Source of the DNA: Candidatus Omnitrophota bacterium
GTDB lineage: Bacteria; Omnitrophota; Gorgyraeia; Zapsychrales; Fredricksoniimonadaceae
Reading direction: 5' to 3'
DNA: 64,000 nucleotides
Assembly: GCA_903860135.1 (NCBI GenBank)
Contig: CAIOPG010000009.1
Span: 37,916 to 101,915, forward strand
Shown: one piece after another, positions 36,894-49,500 of the stretch
How the letters are laid out: the number at the start of each line of letters is the position of its first letter
Position numbering within the stretch: the stretch's first letter is position 1
Program-made: the position numbers and the translations under genes
Notes under the pieces: generated by a model
Databases searched by the model: none
What the model was told of the DNA's origin: nothing
The model's input: the letters and a program-made list of their open reading frames with translations, nothing else

Positions 36894-38651
36894 TCACACG
36901 CTCCCTTCGCGCGCAAACGCCTCGACCTCCCGGCGCAACGCGTCAAATTTCTCCAGTTCGGCGTTGCCGATCGCCCATTTCATTTTCAAAACATCAGAAC
37001 GCAGGCGTGACTTCCTGATATGTTCGAGCGTCATCCCTGACTTGATAGCCTCCAGGCATTGTTTATGAAAGCCAAGGATGATCCTGAGCATCCGGGCCTG
37101 TTTTTGTGGGACCGAGAACATATCGATCGCATCGAATGAACTTTGCTGAAGGAACGTGGTCCTAAAGATCAGGCACGTTTCCAGGAGAACTTTCTGATTG
37201 TCCTGCAATACATCAGGCCCTACCAGTTTAACCACTTGCTTGAGACGTTCTTCCTGCTGTAACAGCCCCATGATCTCCTGTTGCATCACCCGCCAGTCCG
37301 GATCAATGTGCGCACACCACCAGTCTCCGATCTCTTCCCTGTACTCCGAATAACTTTCGATCCAGCTGATCGACGGGTAATGCCGGGCATTGGCGAGATC
37401 CTTGTCGAGTGCCCAGAAACATCGGACACAGCGTTTGGTATGCTGGGTCACCGGCTCGGCGAAATCTCCTCCGGGGGGCGATATGGAACCGATGATCGTT
37501 ACCGAACCGTGCTGCCCCGATAATGTCTCAACAGCCCCGGCGCGCTCATAAAATTCAGCCAGCCGTGTCGGCAGGTACGCCGGAAAACCTTCATCCGCCG
37601 GCAATTCCTCCATTCTGCCGGAAAGTTCGCGCAACGCCTCGGCCCAGCGCGATGTGGAATCCGCCATGACCGCCACATGATAGCCCATATCCCTGTAATA
37701 TTCCGCGCAGGTGATCCCGGTATAAATGCTCGCTTCCCTTGCCGCTACCGGCATATTCGAGGTGTTGGCGATCAGGATGGTCCGTTCCATCAATGAACGC
37801 CCACTGCGCGGGTCGATGATCTTGGGAAAACTAAGCAGAACATCCGTCATTTCATTGCCGCGCTCGCCGCAGCCAATGAAAATGATAATATCGGCATCAC
37901 ACCATTTGGCCAGTTGATGCTGAACGATCGTCTTGCCCGTCCCAAAGCCTCCGGGCACCGCCACAGCCCCTCCCTTGACGACCGGGAATAAGGTATCAAT
38001 GACCCTCTGCCCGGTGATCAGAGGCTCGGTAAGCCGATCCCTCGACCGAAACAACCGGCCTTGCCTGACAGGCCAGCGCTGATACAAATAAACTGGCTTT
38101 TCCCTGCCGTTCATGGTGATCACCGCGATAATATCATCGAGTGTGCATTCACTTTCATCGACAATGGATACCACCCGCCCGCACAGGGGATGAGGCACCA
38201 GCACCCGGTGCTCGACCAGTGCCGTTTCAGGCACCGTTCCCATCACGGCACCCGGCGCAACGTTATCACCGGCTTTAACCTGCGGCTTAAAATGCCACCG
38301 CTTTTTCCGGTCAAGCGCCGGTGCATGGATGCCTTTTTGAATGTAAGACCCTGATGCCAGGCGGATCACATCGAGCGGGCGCTGGATCCCGTCGTAGATT
38401 GTACCGATCAGACCGGGTCCCAACTCCACCGCCAACGGCATCCCCGATCCATAAACCGGTAACCCCGGGCGCAGGGAAGTTGTGTCTTCATACACCTGCA
38501 TCGTGATCTTTTTACCCGAAAGACGTACAATCTCTCCGATTAAATGGTCATCTCCGACCTCGACCATCTCGAGCATCTGCGCCTCCGCCACGCTTGCGGC
38601 CTCCACCAGAGGCCCTGCTACCCTGGAAATATATCCGATGATATTAAGCAT
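36894..38651 (-). CDS. ntpA: V/A-type ATP synthase subunit A
   Basis: [42 protein letters not shown] motifs. Confidence 0.96.
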   Translation of the reverse strand: MLNIIGYISRVAGPLVEAASVAEAQMLEMVEVGDDHLIGEIVRLSGKKITMQVYEDTTSLRPGLPVYGSGMPLAVELGPGLIGTIYDGIQRPLDVIRLASGSYIQKGIHAPALDRKKRWHFKPQVKAGDNVAPGAVMGTVPETALVEHRVLVPHPLCGRVVSIVDESECTLDDIIAVITMNGREKPVYLYQRWPVRQGRLFRSRDRLTEPLITGQRVIDTLFPVVKGGAVAVPGGFGTGKTIVQHQLAKWCDADIIIFIGCGERGNEMTDVLLSFPKIIDPRSGRSLMERTILIANTSNMPVAAREASIYTGITCAEYYRDMGYHVAVMADSTSRWAEALRELSGRMEELPADEGFPAYLPTRLAEFYERAGAVETLSGQHGSVTIIGSISPPGGDFAEPVTQHTKRCVRCFWALDKDLANARHYPSISWIESYSEYREEIGDWWCAHIDPDWRVMQQEIMGLLQQEERLKQVVKLVGPDVLQDNQKVLLETCLIFRTTFLQQSSFDAIDMFSVPQKQARMLRIILGFHKQCLEAIKSGMTLEHIRKSRLRSDVLKMKWAIGNAELEKFDALRREVEAFAREGSV

Positions 38652-39303
38652 AGGTTCCAAAGACCTCATTCAGGATTTCGGCTCGGATCGCGGCATACGC
38701 CCTCGATAAGCGACCCTCGAACGTATTATTACAAGCGATGCGCCTGTCCTTTGACCTTAGAATGACACCGATATCTTTTGCCGCGGCATCAGGTTCAAGT
38801 ATCAGGGTTATACTTTTATGATGTTTTTCTTTCAGTGCACGCTCGATGTTACCCAGAAAGTCAGAATTCATTATTTCCACATCGCACACAGACGCCACGA
38901 CAATGACCACATCCGTGTCGAGGGTTAATGCCCCCTCAACGATCAATTCTTTCAAATGATCCCCGTAGGCTGGTGAAACGCGAAACCCCGCTGTTAGCCC
39001 TCTGATCCTCGACAGGATCTCTTGCAGAACTTTCTCCTGCGCCTCAAGCCTGATCTTACGTCGTTCCTGGCTGATCGTTGCCAAAATTGTCTTTGCCTTT
39101 GCGGCACCTTCTTTTGCCGCCGCATCAAGTGCCTTGTCACGCATGACGACCAGGTTCGCCGTCTGCTGTTCGAGCAGATGCGCCGCGTCCTTTCTGGCCT
39201 GCGCACCAATTTCGTTGGCTTCACGACGAGCATCTTCGCTGATGCGGGTGCGTAACGCCTCAGCGGAATCTCTTGGCACCATACGATCAGTTTTGCCGGT
39301 CAT
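38644..39303 (-). CDS. ntpE: V/A-type ATP synthase subunit E
   Basis: Coiled-coil N-terminus; C-terminal GVIL...NNTFEGRL; operon position. Confidence 0.82.
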   Translation of the reverse strand: MTGKTDRMVPRDSAEALRTRISEDARREANEIGAQARKDAAHLLEQQTANLVVMRDKALDAAAKEGAAKAKTILATISQERRKIRLEAQEKVLQEILSRIRGLTAGFRVSPAYGDHLKELIVEGALTLDTDVVIVVASVCDVEIMNSDFLGNIERALKEKHHKSITLILEPDAAAKDIGVILRSKDRRIACNNTFEGRLSRAYAAIRAEILNEVFGTYA

Positions 39304-39605
39304 ACCTGTACCCCCACGGCCTGACGCACGATCTGTGCCAGGTTTCTTCTTCCCGGCAGAGCACCGTCACGGGTCGGGATCTCCAGTATCAAGGGCACAT
39401 GAGCCGTACACTGAAACTTGTCGATATCATCGCGGATCATCGCGGCCAGCGGTTCACTCACAAGAACAACGCCGACATCGAGCATACGCGTCGCGTCATG
39501 AAAAGCTTCGCGGGCTTCATGCGCTGTGTGCGCCACAACCCCGGTCACACCCGCCAGACGCAACCCTGTGATCATATCCGGATCGCCAATACAGAAATAC
39601 TGCAT
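39300..39605 (-). CDS. V/A-type ATP synthase subunit F
   Basis: IGD.D.ITGLRLAGV, PLILEIP, VRQAVGV motifs. Confidence 0.9.
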   Translation of the reverse strand: MQYFCIGDPDMITGLRLAGVTGVVAHTAHEAREAFHDATRMLDVGVVLVSEPLAAMIRDDIDKFQCTAHVPLILEIPTRDGALPGRRNLAQIVRQAVGVQV

Positions 39606-39624
39606 ACCTGTCTCCTGCCCGTGG

Positions 39625-39843
39625 TTAAACCTTACCCAGGATCATGATCGCGATGATCAGTCCATAAATCGCAATGCCTTCGGCCAGCCCGACAAAGATC
39701 AAGGCCTTACCAGTCACTTCCGGTTTCTCCCCCATAGCCCCGACAGCGGCTGACCCGACATACGCCACCGCGATCCCTGCCGATACCGACCCCAGCCCCA
39801 CCGCCAACGCCGACGACAAATATGCCCAACTGTGTGTATCCAT
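39625..39843 (-). CDS. ntpK: V/A-type ATP synthase proteolipid subunit K (c), single hairpin
   Basis: Two TM helices; conserved Glu in GLAEGIAIYG. Confidence 0.92.
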   Translation of the reverse strand: MDTHSWAYLSSALAVGLGSVSAGIAVAYVGSAAVGAMGEKPEVTGKALIFVGLAEGIAIYGLIIAIMILGKV

Positions 39844-39857
39844 GGAACGCCTCCTTT

Positions 39858-41636
39858 TTAAATAAAACGCCCATATCCCAAAGGCCGATATACCTTTCCT
39901 CCGCCGATAAAGAATTTTGAAAAGAACTCGTAATACTCCAGCCGTACCCCCTGGATCGCGGCCATAAGCCCCTCAAACAATAAAATAAAAATATTTCCAA
40001 TGACCATGATCAGGATCATCCCTGCCCTTCCCCCCGCCGCATGCCCGGCCATATCCGCAAGGCTGAAAACGGCCAGGAACAACCCCGCATGGGCCAGTGC
40101 AAACGCCGACAAGCGGATATACGATAAGGTATTGGCTAGATAGCTTATGCCGAGCTCCAGGAGCTCAACACCGCTCTCAAGCAAAGATCCACGCGTTCCA
40201 AATAGCTTTTTTAAAATATCTCCTGACCGAAACGCATTAATGATGTTGATCACAACGCCCAGGCTTATTAACCCCGCGCCAAAAATGATCGCCACCTTAA
40301 AGAATGTCGCCACGTTTTCCATCGGCCGCAACCACAGCGCCGGGATCACGCCCTCCATGCCAAAAACAACACCATACAGAAGCCCGAATATGGTCGCTGA
40401 CACACCGGCATAGGCCGCAAGAGCTCCGGCGCGGGCAACGGCAGTCTGGCGATGATGCCCAAGCAGTACCCCGGCCAACACAAGCAATAGCCCCTGCCCG
40501 ACATCACCGGACATGGCACCAAACATCACACAAAAACTCACCGCCACAAATACGGTCGGGTCAACAGTGCCGTATTCCGGCGTGTCATAATTTGTCACGA
40601 TCATTTCAAAAGGTTTAAGCCAAGGCGGATTGTCCAGAAGGACGGGCACTTGCTCGTTATTATCAGCTACGGCTGTCATATCCCGGGGGTGCTCGATATG
40701 CACACAACAACAGCCCTTGAGCATATCCTTGAAGGCGGTAGCCGTCGCCGCACAGATTTGCTCCGGCAGCCATCCGCAGACCAGGCAGGTTCGTGCCGTA
40801 CGCTGAAAATAGCCTTGCGCTTCCGCCATCAATCTGGCCACGATGATCTGCTGATAAAGCCTGCGAATCACTGGTAAAAGTCGTGTGGCATGGCGTGCTT
40901 GAGCCACATCCAGGCGTTCGATTTCTTTGTTGGTCTTGAGGATATTCAAACGCATATCTTCGCACAGATATTCAGGGTCGCCCTTGGGGATACTATCGGG
41001 TGCGATCGGAATCAGTTTTGCCTGAGCCAGTGCTGTCTGGACAGCCGCGTCATCTTGTTTCAAAGCCAGAACGAGGACTAACGCAGTGCCATCCTCGGCG
41101 ATGAAAGGGCAGCTCGCGTGCAGGATCGTAGCCAGGCTTTGTTCCACAATGATGCGCTGACCTTCATCCGCCTTGGTCAGCACGGATGTCAGAAAAGTAT
41201 GCCTGCCACAGGCGGCGCGGCCAACAGCTCCCGTACCAAACCTGTTCATGTGTTGCTGTAATAATTCTTTTTCTTTTAATTGCCCCAGCAGAGAGTCTTT
41301 TTTTTTGAAATACAATGCCCGTCGTGCTTCGATGACCGTTAGCTTACGCCCGAGTACCTCAACATCTATGCTGGAGACATCAGGAATATTGTTTTTCAGC
41401 ACCGCACACGGTTTTTTTCCTGCCGGTAGTAAGGCCGCAAGCCTTCGCTTAATTTCCTGATAGCGACCGACCAGCTCCTCGGTCTGCGTTGATCCAAGGC
41501 ACTTACCCCAGGGTTCCATGTCACCTATGCGCACCAGATGCAAACTGTCGCGCATGAGGAAGAAATCGGTAACCCGGTCCATATCCTGAACTAGGATGAC
41601 GGCACAAAAGAATCGCATGGGGGCTGAGGTCAGCAT
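39858..41636 (-). CDS. ntpI: V/A-type ATP synthase subunit I (a)
   Basis: Y..P.Y..VDPT, GD.GQG, LANTLSYIRL.AFALAH, RLEYYEFFSKF motifs. Confidence 0.92.
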   Translation of the reverse strand: MLTSAPMRFFCAVILVQDMDRVTDFFLMRDSLHLVRIGDMEPWGKCLGSTQTEELVGRYQEIKRRLAALLPAGKKPCAVLKNNIPDVSSIDVEVLGRKLTVIEARRALYFKKKDSLLGQLKEKELLQQHMNRFGTGAVGRAACGRHTFLTSVLTKADEGQRIIVEQSLATILHASCPFIAEDGTALVLVLALKQDDAAVQTALAQAKLIPIAPDSIPKGDPEYLCEDMRLNILKTNKEIERLDVAQARHATRLLPVIRRLYQQIIVARLMAEAQGYFQRTARTCLVCGWLPEQICAATATAFKDMLKGCCCVHIEHPRDMTAVADNNEQVPVLLDNPPWLKPFEMIVTNYDTPEYGTVDPTVFVAVSFCVMFGAMSGDVGQGLLLVLAGVLLGHHRQTAVARAGALAAYAGVSATIFGLLYGVVFGMEGVIPALWLRPMENVATFFKVAIIFGAGLISLGVVINIINAFRSGDILKKLFGTRGSLLESGVELLELGISYLANTLSYIRLSAFALAHAGLFLAVFSLADMAGHAAGGRAGMILIMVIGNIFILLFEGLMAAIQGVRLEYYEFFSKFFIGGGKVYRPLGYGRFI

Positions 41637-42688
41637 ACCCAGGCTCCTTTGATCTGGCCCGACGACAACCCATGGTCTTTACCATAAAAGATCGACGCCA
41701 GTTTGCGTGTCTCGGCACGCTTGAGGATCAGATACGCCAGGATTGTCCCGATCGTAAAAGGAAAGCCGCGCATCACCCGCAGGGCTTCGCTGAAGAGAGC
41801 CTGGTATAGGACGCTTTCGAGTAAAGACAAGCCGGCATGATCGATCGCTTTGGCAAATAACACCCCGAGCTCCTGATACGGCCTGACCGCCAGGACCTTG
41901 AGCGTATCGGCAAAACCTTCTTTGACAAAAGCCAGGCGCAACGTTCGTTCATTGAGCCTGTACCCGCGCGGCAACAAGGTCATGGTCAAATCCCCCGACG
42001 GGAAGTCATAATACCGGCGCAGCCTCAACAGGGCGCCGATATTTTCCATATCAACTTCGATCCCGATGAGGCGGGTCGCTGCCATGCGGTCAGCATAAGG
42101 TAACTGGTCGATCTCAGCCCACAAACGGTTGAAATAATCACGGTCAATAGCGGCTTCCAAATAAAATAATGATCCGGTCTTGAGGTATTGCGCCGCTGCT
42201 GCCCGAAGCACATGACGGTAGGGCGTTGCTGAAAAGGCGACGGCCAGTTCATCAAGATCATGGGCAGAAAGGATATGCTCGATACTGATAGGATGGGTAA
42301 AGACTTCAGAAAAGATATGCTGACGGCCGCTGGTTTTGCCTTGAGTCGCCCAGTAACGGAGCAAAACCTTGACCTCGTTCAATTCATAGCGTTCACGCAG
42401 TAAAGTAACAACTTTGCCCGGATGCCCCTTCTCGCGCCAGGCTTTGATGATCTTGTCATGCGTGTGGACATCATCGAGGACGAACGCGCGTTCAAGTGCT
42501 TCAATATCCTTGTTCTGAATGATGTTGTCGCGGATAAAAGAGGAATAGGGTGTTGCCTGCAGGATGGTAATGACGTGCGCCACATCACGCGCCGCCAAGA
42601 GTAATCCCCATTGCCGGGGACGCAGGAATTGACCCGACATTGCCCGAATACGGGCATTGATAAACGCGTAGGTCGATAGATCGCGCAT
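41630..42688 (-). CDS. ntpC: V/A-type ATP synthase subunit C (d)
   Basis: YAFINARIRAM, EAAIDRDY, EVDMENI motifs. Confidence 0.88.
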   Translation of the reverse strand: MRDLSTYAFINARIRAMSGQFLRPRQWGLLLAARDVAHVITILQATPYSSFIRDNIIQNKDIEALERAFVLDDVHTHDKIIKAWREKGHPGKVVTLLRERYELNEVKVLLRYWATQGKTSGRQHIFSEVFTHPISIEHILSAHDLDELAVAFSATPYRHVLRAAAAQYLKTGSLFYLEAAIDRDYFNRLWAEIDQLPYADRMAATRLIGIEVDMENIGALLRLRRYYDFPSGDLTMTLLPRGYRLNERTLRLAFVKEGFADTLKVLAVRPYQELGVLFAKAIDHAGLSLLESVLYQALFSEALRVMRGFPFTIGTILAYLILKRAETRKLASIFYGKDHGLSSGQIKGAWVC

Positions 42689-42738
42689 GGATCACCTGCC
42701 AGTTTGACCTGGTCACTGCCATGGACGTTGTAAACCGT

Positions 42739-43050
42739 TCAACGCCCCAGTATCTTCCCAAAGAACTTTTCAGACACACCGTCGAGAGAATCTGTCGTCG
42801 CCGCCACCATCGCTCCGGCTTCACCCATGGCATCCTCGACAGCAGAATACTTGCTGTTTAAGGCATCTGCTTGCGCGTGCAGGATCATCATTTCACATTC
42901 TTTGATCCAGGCTTTCTGCTGAGCTTCTTTCAACCGCGCAGCCTCAGCGTTCGCTTCGGCAACCACAAGCAAAGCCGACGCTCGCGCTTCCTCGATCATC
43001 TGCGCCGCAGACGCCTCAGCCTCGAGTATCCCGGATATGATATTTTCCAT
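42739..43050 (-). CDS. V/A-type ATP synthase peripheral-stalk subunit G/H
   Basis: IISGILEAEASA..IEEAR coiled coil; first gene of the operon. Confidence 0.7.
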   Translation of the reverse strand: MENIISGILEAEASAAQMIEEARASALLVVAEANAEAARLKEAQQKAWIKECEMMILHAQADALNSKYSAVEDAMGEAGAMVAATTDSLDGVSEKFFGKILGR

Positions 43051-43065
43051 AAGCCCTCGATAAAC

Positions 43066-43434
43066 TTAAGGATTTTCTTTATAATCAGGAATATTGAAAC
43101 GGCAAAAACGCAATAACTTGCTATATGTTTCAGTAGAAGAAGGATCATCCTTCACGAAGCGAACACCCGCCTCAAAACAGGTATCCTGACAAGCCGCCCT
43201 CGCCCAAGTTACCTTACCTACCAAATCCAGACATCCTTCAGAAGGGATGTCCATCGACATGAAAATCTTCTCACCTACTTTGAAATGCGTACGTCCAATG
43301 ATGTGACACCCATGGTGATGGATATCAAGGATCTCCGCCTGTTGGAAAGGCACAAACGCACTATCCTTATCGCGGCACTTCATCGCAAAAAGGACAGGTA
43401 TTCGTTCACAGTGTCTTTTGTCTTGGGCAGCCAT
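43066..43434 (-). CDS. PilZ-domain protein
   Basis: KRHCER (RxxxR), DIHHHG (variant of DxSxxG), GKVTW..GVRF. Confidence 0.75.
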   Translation of the reverse strand: MAAQDKRHCERIPVLFAMKCRDKDSAFVPFQQAEILDIHHHGCHIIGRTHFKVGEKIFMSMDIPSEGCLDLVGKVTWARAACQDTCFEAGVRFVKDDPSSTETYSKLLRFCRFNIPDYKENP

Positions 43435-43517
43435 AGCTATCCCCCTTTAAAATAATTATAACCCAGAGAAACAAGTCAAACAAGAGAAAATAGCCCCATA
43501 AAAAGCAATTGTTTTAT

Positions 43518-46500
43518 TCATCTCCAATACATCATAAACCACGGCATTCGATAATAAGGCATAAAAATACGGGGAAAGAAATAAAAAGTCCCTTGCGCAA
43601 TAATTTTCCCATTATTAACAACACTGCGCATGCTCCAGATGGTAACATTTCTGCCAGAAGAAATCATACCGTAAAGATACAATCTATCAAAAGAAATCAG
43701 CGTAATATCCATTTTAGCATCGAGCATCCCCTTCAACGTAATACTACCAAAATCCGATACGATCAAAATCCCGCCAGTAATGCTACGGACAAGTCCTGTC
43801 ACCGTTGTGCCGAGATCGCTGAATAGATTCACATCACCTTTAGCAATTAACTGCCCGGATATTTGAATAGCACCCGTAGTAAAATCAACTGAACCAGCGA
43901 TATGCACATCCCCAGTCAATTGCACCATATAACCTGTCGAAATATTTAAGTTCCCCTCACCCGTAATACCAGCCAACCCGCCATCATATGCTAATGGATT
44001 AACCGTAATGGTACCATTAGCGGTCAATGCTATATTTGCTCCGCTGGTCATTGACTGCAAACGACCAACGATAATATTACTATTTTGAGAAACAATCGTT
44101 ACTCCATTACCGGTTGTTTGCAGGGCAATAATGTTAATCGTGCCCGTCGCCGTAATATTAACACTCCCGCTCACATAACAAAACAAATCAATATCGCCTG
44201 TAACATTAAGAAAAAAGTTGTTGCCTGTATTCTTGTAAACAGCACCCACATTCAGTTCAAGGTTCAATCCAGGGGTTGTTTTGCTACCGATTTCTCCTTT
44301 AGCATAGAGGATCGCCTGTGAAGCCACAATATCAACAGCTGTATCATACGCCGCAATTTCGCGGACATTGCCGGTCATGGCACTGATACTCACCTGCCCA
44401 TACTTAGGCCCTGCCGCTACATAATCGATTAAAACATCTCCTGCCGTCGATGCCAGCGCCACATTATTCCCTTTGGCGTCAAGAGAAGCAATCACAGATT
44501 TGGTTGTAATCGTTCCTCCAGCCAGGATCCGGATAGCCCCATTCTTGTTGATAACATTAAACAACAATACCGCGTCTTTCTCACTAATTTCAAATATTCC
44601 AGACGCAATCGATGCGGTTAATTGCGCGATATCCGTGCACAGATAACTTCCTATACCGACTGTTAACGTCAATGTATTGGCAGTCAGTGGTGAATTGCCA
44701 TTCATATAAACTTTATTACTGGCAACCAGGATAATATCCCCTTTTACTGTACCAGTACTCACCATCCCTGATATAAGAATATTCCCTGAGGAAGAAATAT
44801 TGATCGTACCTTGGGGGGCATTGATGGATGTCAACTCTATATCGGCAGACTGACCGGCAATACTAACCTTATTAAAGGCAATCGTTCCGCCTGTCCCACA
44901 AACGGCTTGCAGTACTTTGACCGCCATCTCCAGATGACGTGCAGGATCAATGCCGGCGATAGACACACCGGCATTGATGAATGTCTTCCCGGCAACAATA
45001 TCAGCATCTGGATCTGTTGCAAGAATTTCATAGACTGATCCAGCGGCACTTAAGGTAATAACCCCCGTATCAGAACCTGCATCAATATATCCGATTTGAA
45101 TATCCTTCCCTGCAGATAATATGATCTTCCCGCCTTTGGCAACCAAATGATAAGCCGTAATAGAACCAGTGGCAGTGACATTCACAATACCGAGAACATC
45201 AGCATTCAGATACACATCGCCATCACTGATAAGATTCAGATCACGGGCAATGATTTGTAAACTCTTGACATTGAATTCTAAATTAAGCAACGGATTCGTT
45301 AAACTACCTACAAGCAATGCTTTAAAATCTGTACGCTGGGCAACAACATCCACCCCTGTCTTTAAATCAACAAGGCTGTCGGTCGGCAACTCATAAATGG
45401 CACCGATCGCTGCATACACAGATACTTTCCCATAATTTATCCCTGCCGCCAGATAATCAATCTGCACATCACCCATGCTGACAAAGATCGTAATATCATT
45501 ACCGGTTGTATCCATTTCGCTGATAACTGAGCCGACCACAACCTGTCTTGCAGCCATGATATTAATCGAGCCATTATGATTGATCACAGAATCAAGCAGG
45601 ATTGAATCAGTTTCAGAAATATTAATGCATCCGTTTGATGTCTGCGCCGTAAGGATAGTTATTCTTGTATTCAATGACATACCGGATACAGCACCTGCAT
45701 TCAAATGGGCAGTGTCAATATATGTCCCAGGTGTACTTGTCAATTGATCCGCGAAAAGGGTGATATCGCCTGCCGCCATAATGTTATTAAGGCTTAATGC
45801 GCCTGTATTCGTCACATTGATCGGTCCGTCACTGGACTTAGCGGACAATATTGCCAGTCGTGTGGATATGTTACCAATACCCTTCCCGGCCAGCAATTGA
45901 GCCTCAAAGGCTTGAAGGTTCACACCGGCAGTGAGCCCGGAAATCCATGACCCGGCGGTCAGTTTGACCAATCCGCTTCCAGCATCAAGTTGAACGATCA
46001 AAATATCCTTCGGCGTTAACAGGGAAACTGATTTATCTATGGTTTGTAAACGAGTGACCGTAATAACATCGCTGGCATTAACGATCAGGGCACATTCAAG
46101 AGGGGTAGTAAAGTTAATGTCAAAACCACCGGGAACATCAATCTCAAGCGTATCAGCAACGTCTAACTCCATGTCAAGTGTGAGCGTACCGCCAGACCTG
46201 AGAATGAGCTTGTTGGCCTCTATATCGACAGTGCTATCGCCCGGAAGGTTCTCTTGGATATCACCTTTGGCATCGAGTGTTATGGTTCCGGTTGAATGAA
46301 GATAATCAATAAACAGGTTGCCCTGTGTTCTTACCGTAACACCACCTTCATGGCTCATCAACCGTTGCAACAATAATGAATCGTTGCCAGAATTATAAAC
46401 ATTGATACCCTTCTGCGCTGTCACATCGAGCGCGGCAAGGTTCAATGTTGTATCCGTTGCGCCATTCACCGCTCCGCCGGCTGTTAGGAATAACACACCA

Positions 46501-49500
46501 TGGTTAGACAGTGTAATGTCCCCCAGCGATATGTCATCGGTTTCATGGATCGTCACATTGCCTTCGCCGGTCAACATCAAAAGTCCGACGGCTGTATTCA
46601 GTTCAACCATGCCGTTAGCCTGGCATTGTTGGGCATCAACGATATCTAATGATGCAGCCGCAATGAAGATATCGCCATTCATGGCCTGAATCTTTGCCTG
46701 TATGCCGACCTGATTACCGGCGATGATACGGATCGTTCCCTGCAATGCGTCGAGCGCATACTCCGGAGGCGTCACAATAACTGATTTATTGATAACGACA
46801 TAGTTCAGGACCGTTTCATCCTGGGTAACTGCGGTAGTCTTCCAGGCCGTTTTTTCAACCGTCGTGATCTTTTGGTGAATTTCTGTCACCGGCTGGATCA
46901 CCGGAGCATCCTGATAAATAAGATTCACTTGGCTTACCACCTGATAATTCAAATGCCGGCGAGGGTCAAGGATGGTATGGTTGTTGTATATTGTATCAAG
47001 CATGTAGTGGTATCTGGATTCAAAATCGTCGACAAGGATATAGGGAGGCGTTGGCGGTGCATAGTTTCTGGTATTTAAGTCTGCCATGACATTGGTAACA
47101 GGATAAGTGGCCGAAACATCGCCATAAAGGGTATTTATCCATTGCAAGTTTTGTACCCACTGATTATTAAGCCAACCGGTTGCTGAATTCCCGTCAATAT
47201 TAGCAATATCCTGAATATGGCCTTGATACTGCCAATGACTGCCTGTGACAACCTGATCCCATACGACCGATTGTTGAGCATTTTCCCAACGCACAAGGTC
47301 GTAGGTACTGTAACGTGGTTGTGCTGATCCATAATGCGCATAAATCGGAGAATACCGTTGAATCCACCACCTTTGCTGGAACCAGGATGATTCTCTGGCA
47401 TAAACATAATAATATGAACCAGCCGAATCAACCCACGCCTGTCCTACACTATAGTGGTTATCCAAAATAAAATACCAACCTGTCGCCTGCACACCCCAAT
47501 TATCACGGTAACTGCCCAATGAGTCTCCAAAATCACCGACGTACACATCAAGAATATCTGTTTTTTGCTGCGCATTCACGGGGATCGTATCTGTCATGCG
47601 GCTGTCAAACGAATAGGTAAAACGGGAAGATGTGGTATTATTCGCTGAATTAATTAAAGATAATTCACGAACCCCTCCCCAAAACGCAATATCATCCAAA
47701 GCGGAAACTTTACGCAACTCACCGGATATCATTTGATAATAGTACGGCGCTTCAATATAAAATGTTATCTGTTGGCGGATGGCGAACATGATATCGCCGT
47801 TTTCCTGCTGAAAAACAAGATCATTGATTTGATCCTGGTTAAAATCATACGCGACTGTTAGCAGTTTAACCTTGTTCCCGTGACTTATAACCTTACGTTC
47901 ATCAACCTTCCCCGCCCCATCGCCATACCAGACCTCCACATCCCCGTTAGCAAGGCTGACAATAATATCTTTGAAACTGTCGCGATCAAAATCCTGTGCC
48001 GTCAATGCACCGCCAAGCCAGTTACTGTCTGTTCTTATATCACTCCAGAACTCTTGCCAATTGACAGCCCCAAAGGCATCCTTTTGGCCAAGCCATACGA
48101 TAACGCTCTCGTCGGTATGCATTTGACTATCATTAGGGCTATACCAACGGGTTGAGGACTGCGTCACGATGTCCATGATCCCGTCATTATTCATGTCAAT
48201 CACCACAAAGGAAGAAACTTGATAACACAGTTGAAGGCGATCACTCCATTGACCATTCCCTTGATTAAAATATATAGCCAGATATGTTGGCCCTATCTGC
48301 AACAAAGGTGCGATGAAATCCAACAACCCATCACCGTTAAGATCCGTCAACGTTATTTTGTTCCCACCATAATATGAACACGGAAAGTCAGGGCCGCTAC
48401 GGGCAGTAAACCCGCCTTTACCATTACCTTCATAAATTACAGGATTTAAGATAATTTCATTCCCATCAGCGTCAAGACCCGGTAACGGGCAATAAGCCAC
48501 GTCCAGGTTCCCGTCATGATTAACATCGGCAACCTGAACATCCTGACCTGGCCGCGCGTCCAGAATAATGGGGTCAATAAATATACCGTTACCGGTATTG
48601 AACAATAATTGCATACCTTGATTCTTGGTGACAAGTGCCAGATCCATCTTCCCGTCATTATTAAGATCTCCTGCCTGCACGGCAACCGGCGGGCTGTCAA
48701 TCACGTATCCTATCACCCCATTCCATGCGCCAGTTACTGCATTGTACTTGAGGATTTCAAGAGTGGAAACATAGGCACCTTCTCTGGCGATTATCAATTC
48801 AGCGACGCCATCACCATCCATATCCGCCATACAAAATACCTTAAAAGATAACCCTTGAGCATCAATAACGGCTGTCTGGCTAAAATCAACGGCATTGCTT
48901 CTGGTGGACAGTGCGGCCTGAAAGGATGCCGTGCTGTAATTGGCGGACTTGGTCCAGACCGGGTCTTCCGCATAAGAATAGGAATTCTGCCCACTGGCAT
49001 CATTGATGATAATATTCCGTTGCCCGGAATTCTTTACATACTCCAGCATATACCACTGCACCCATTCGGGTCCGGGCTGTTGAACGCCTTGCTGGAACAA
49101 GCCGCTATTGTAATAATCATATGCCGGTCCGTCGGTCACCGCTGTGCGGCTATCAGCGAACCAACCAATCGTCAGCTCTTGTCCAACGGACAATGTGGAC
49201 GGGACCCAATCATTCTTCCATGTGAACCCATCACGTATAATGGCCGTATTAACGGTGCCGTCCGCCTTCAGAATGACAGCGTTCCGATCCAAACCATCTT
49301 TCCAGCCCGGCCACCACCAGCCGATCTGATGCAATTGTACCTTAGCGGTCAGCCAGGTGTTACCGACATCGACATATTCCAATGGATCTGCCGGCAGGGC
49401 AATGGCTTTCTGAATGTCCTGTTTGGCACCTTTGAGTATCTTTAACCAAAAGTCAGGCCGCTTATCCACAGGAAGGCTCGTATAAGCCGTCCCTAGAAAA

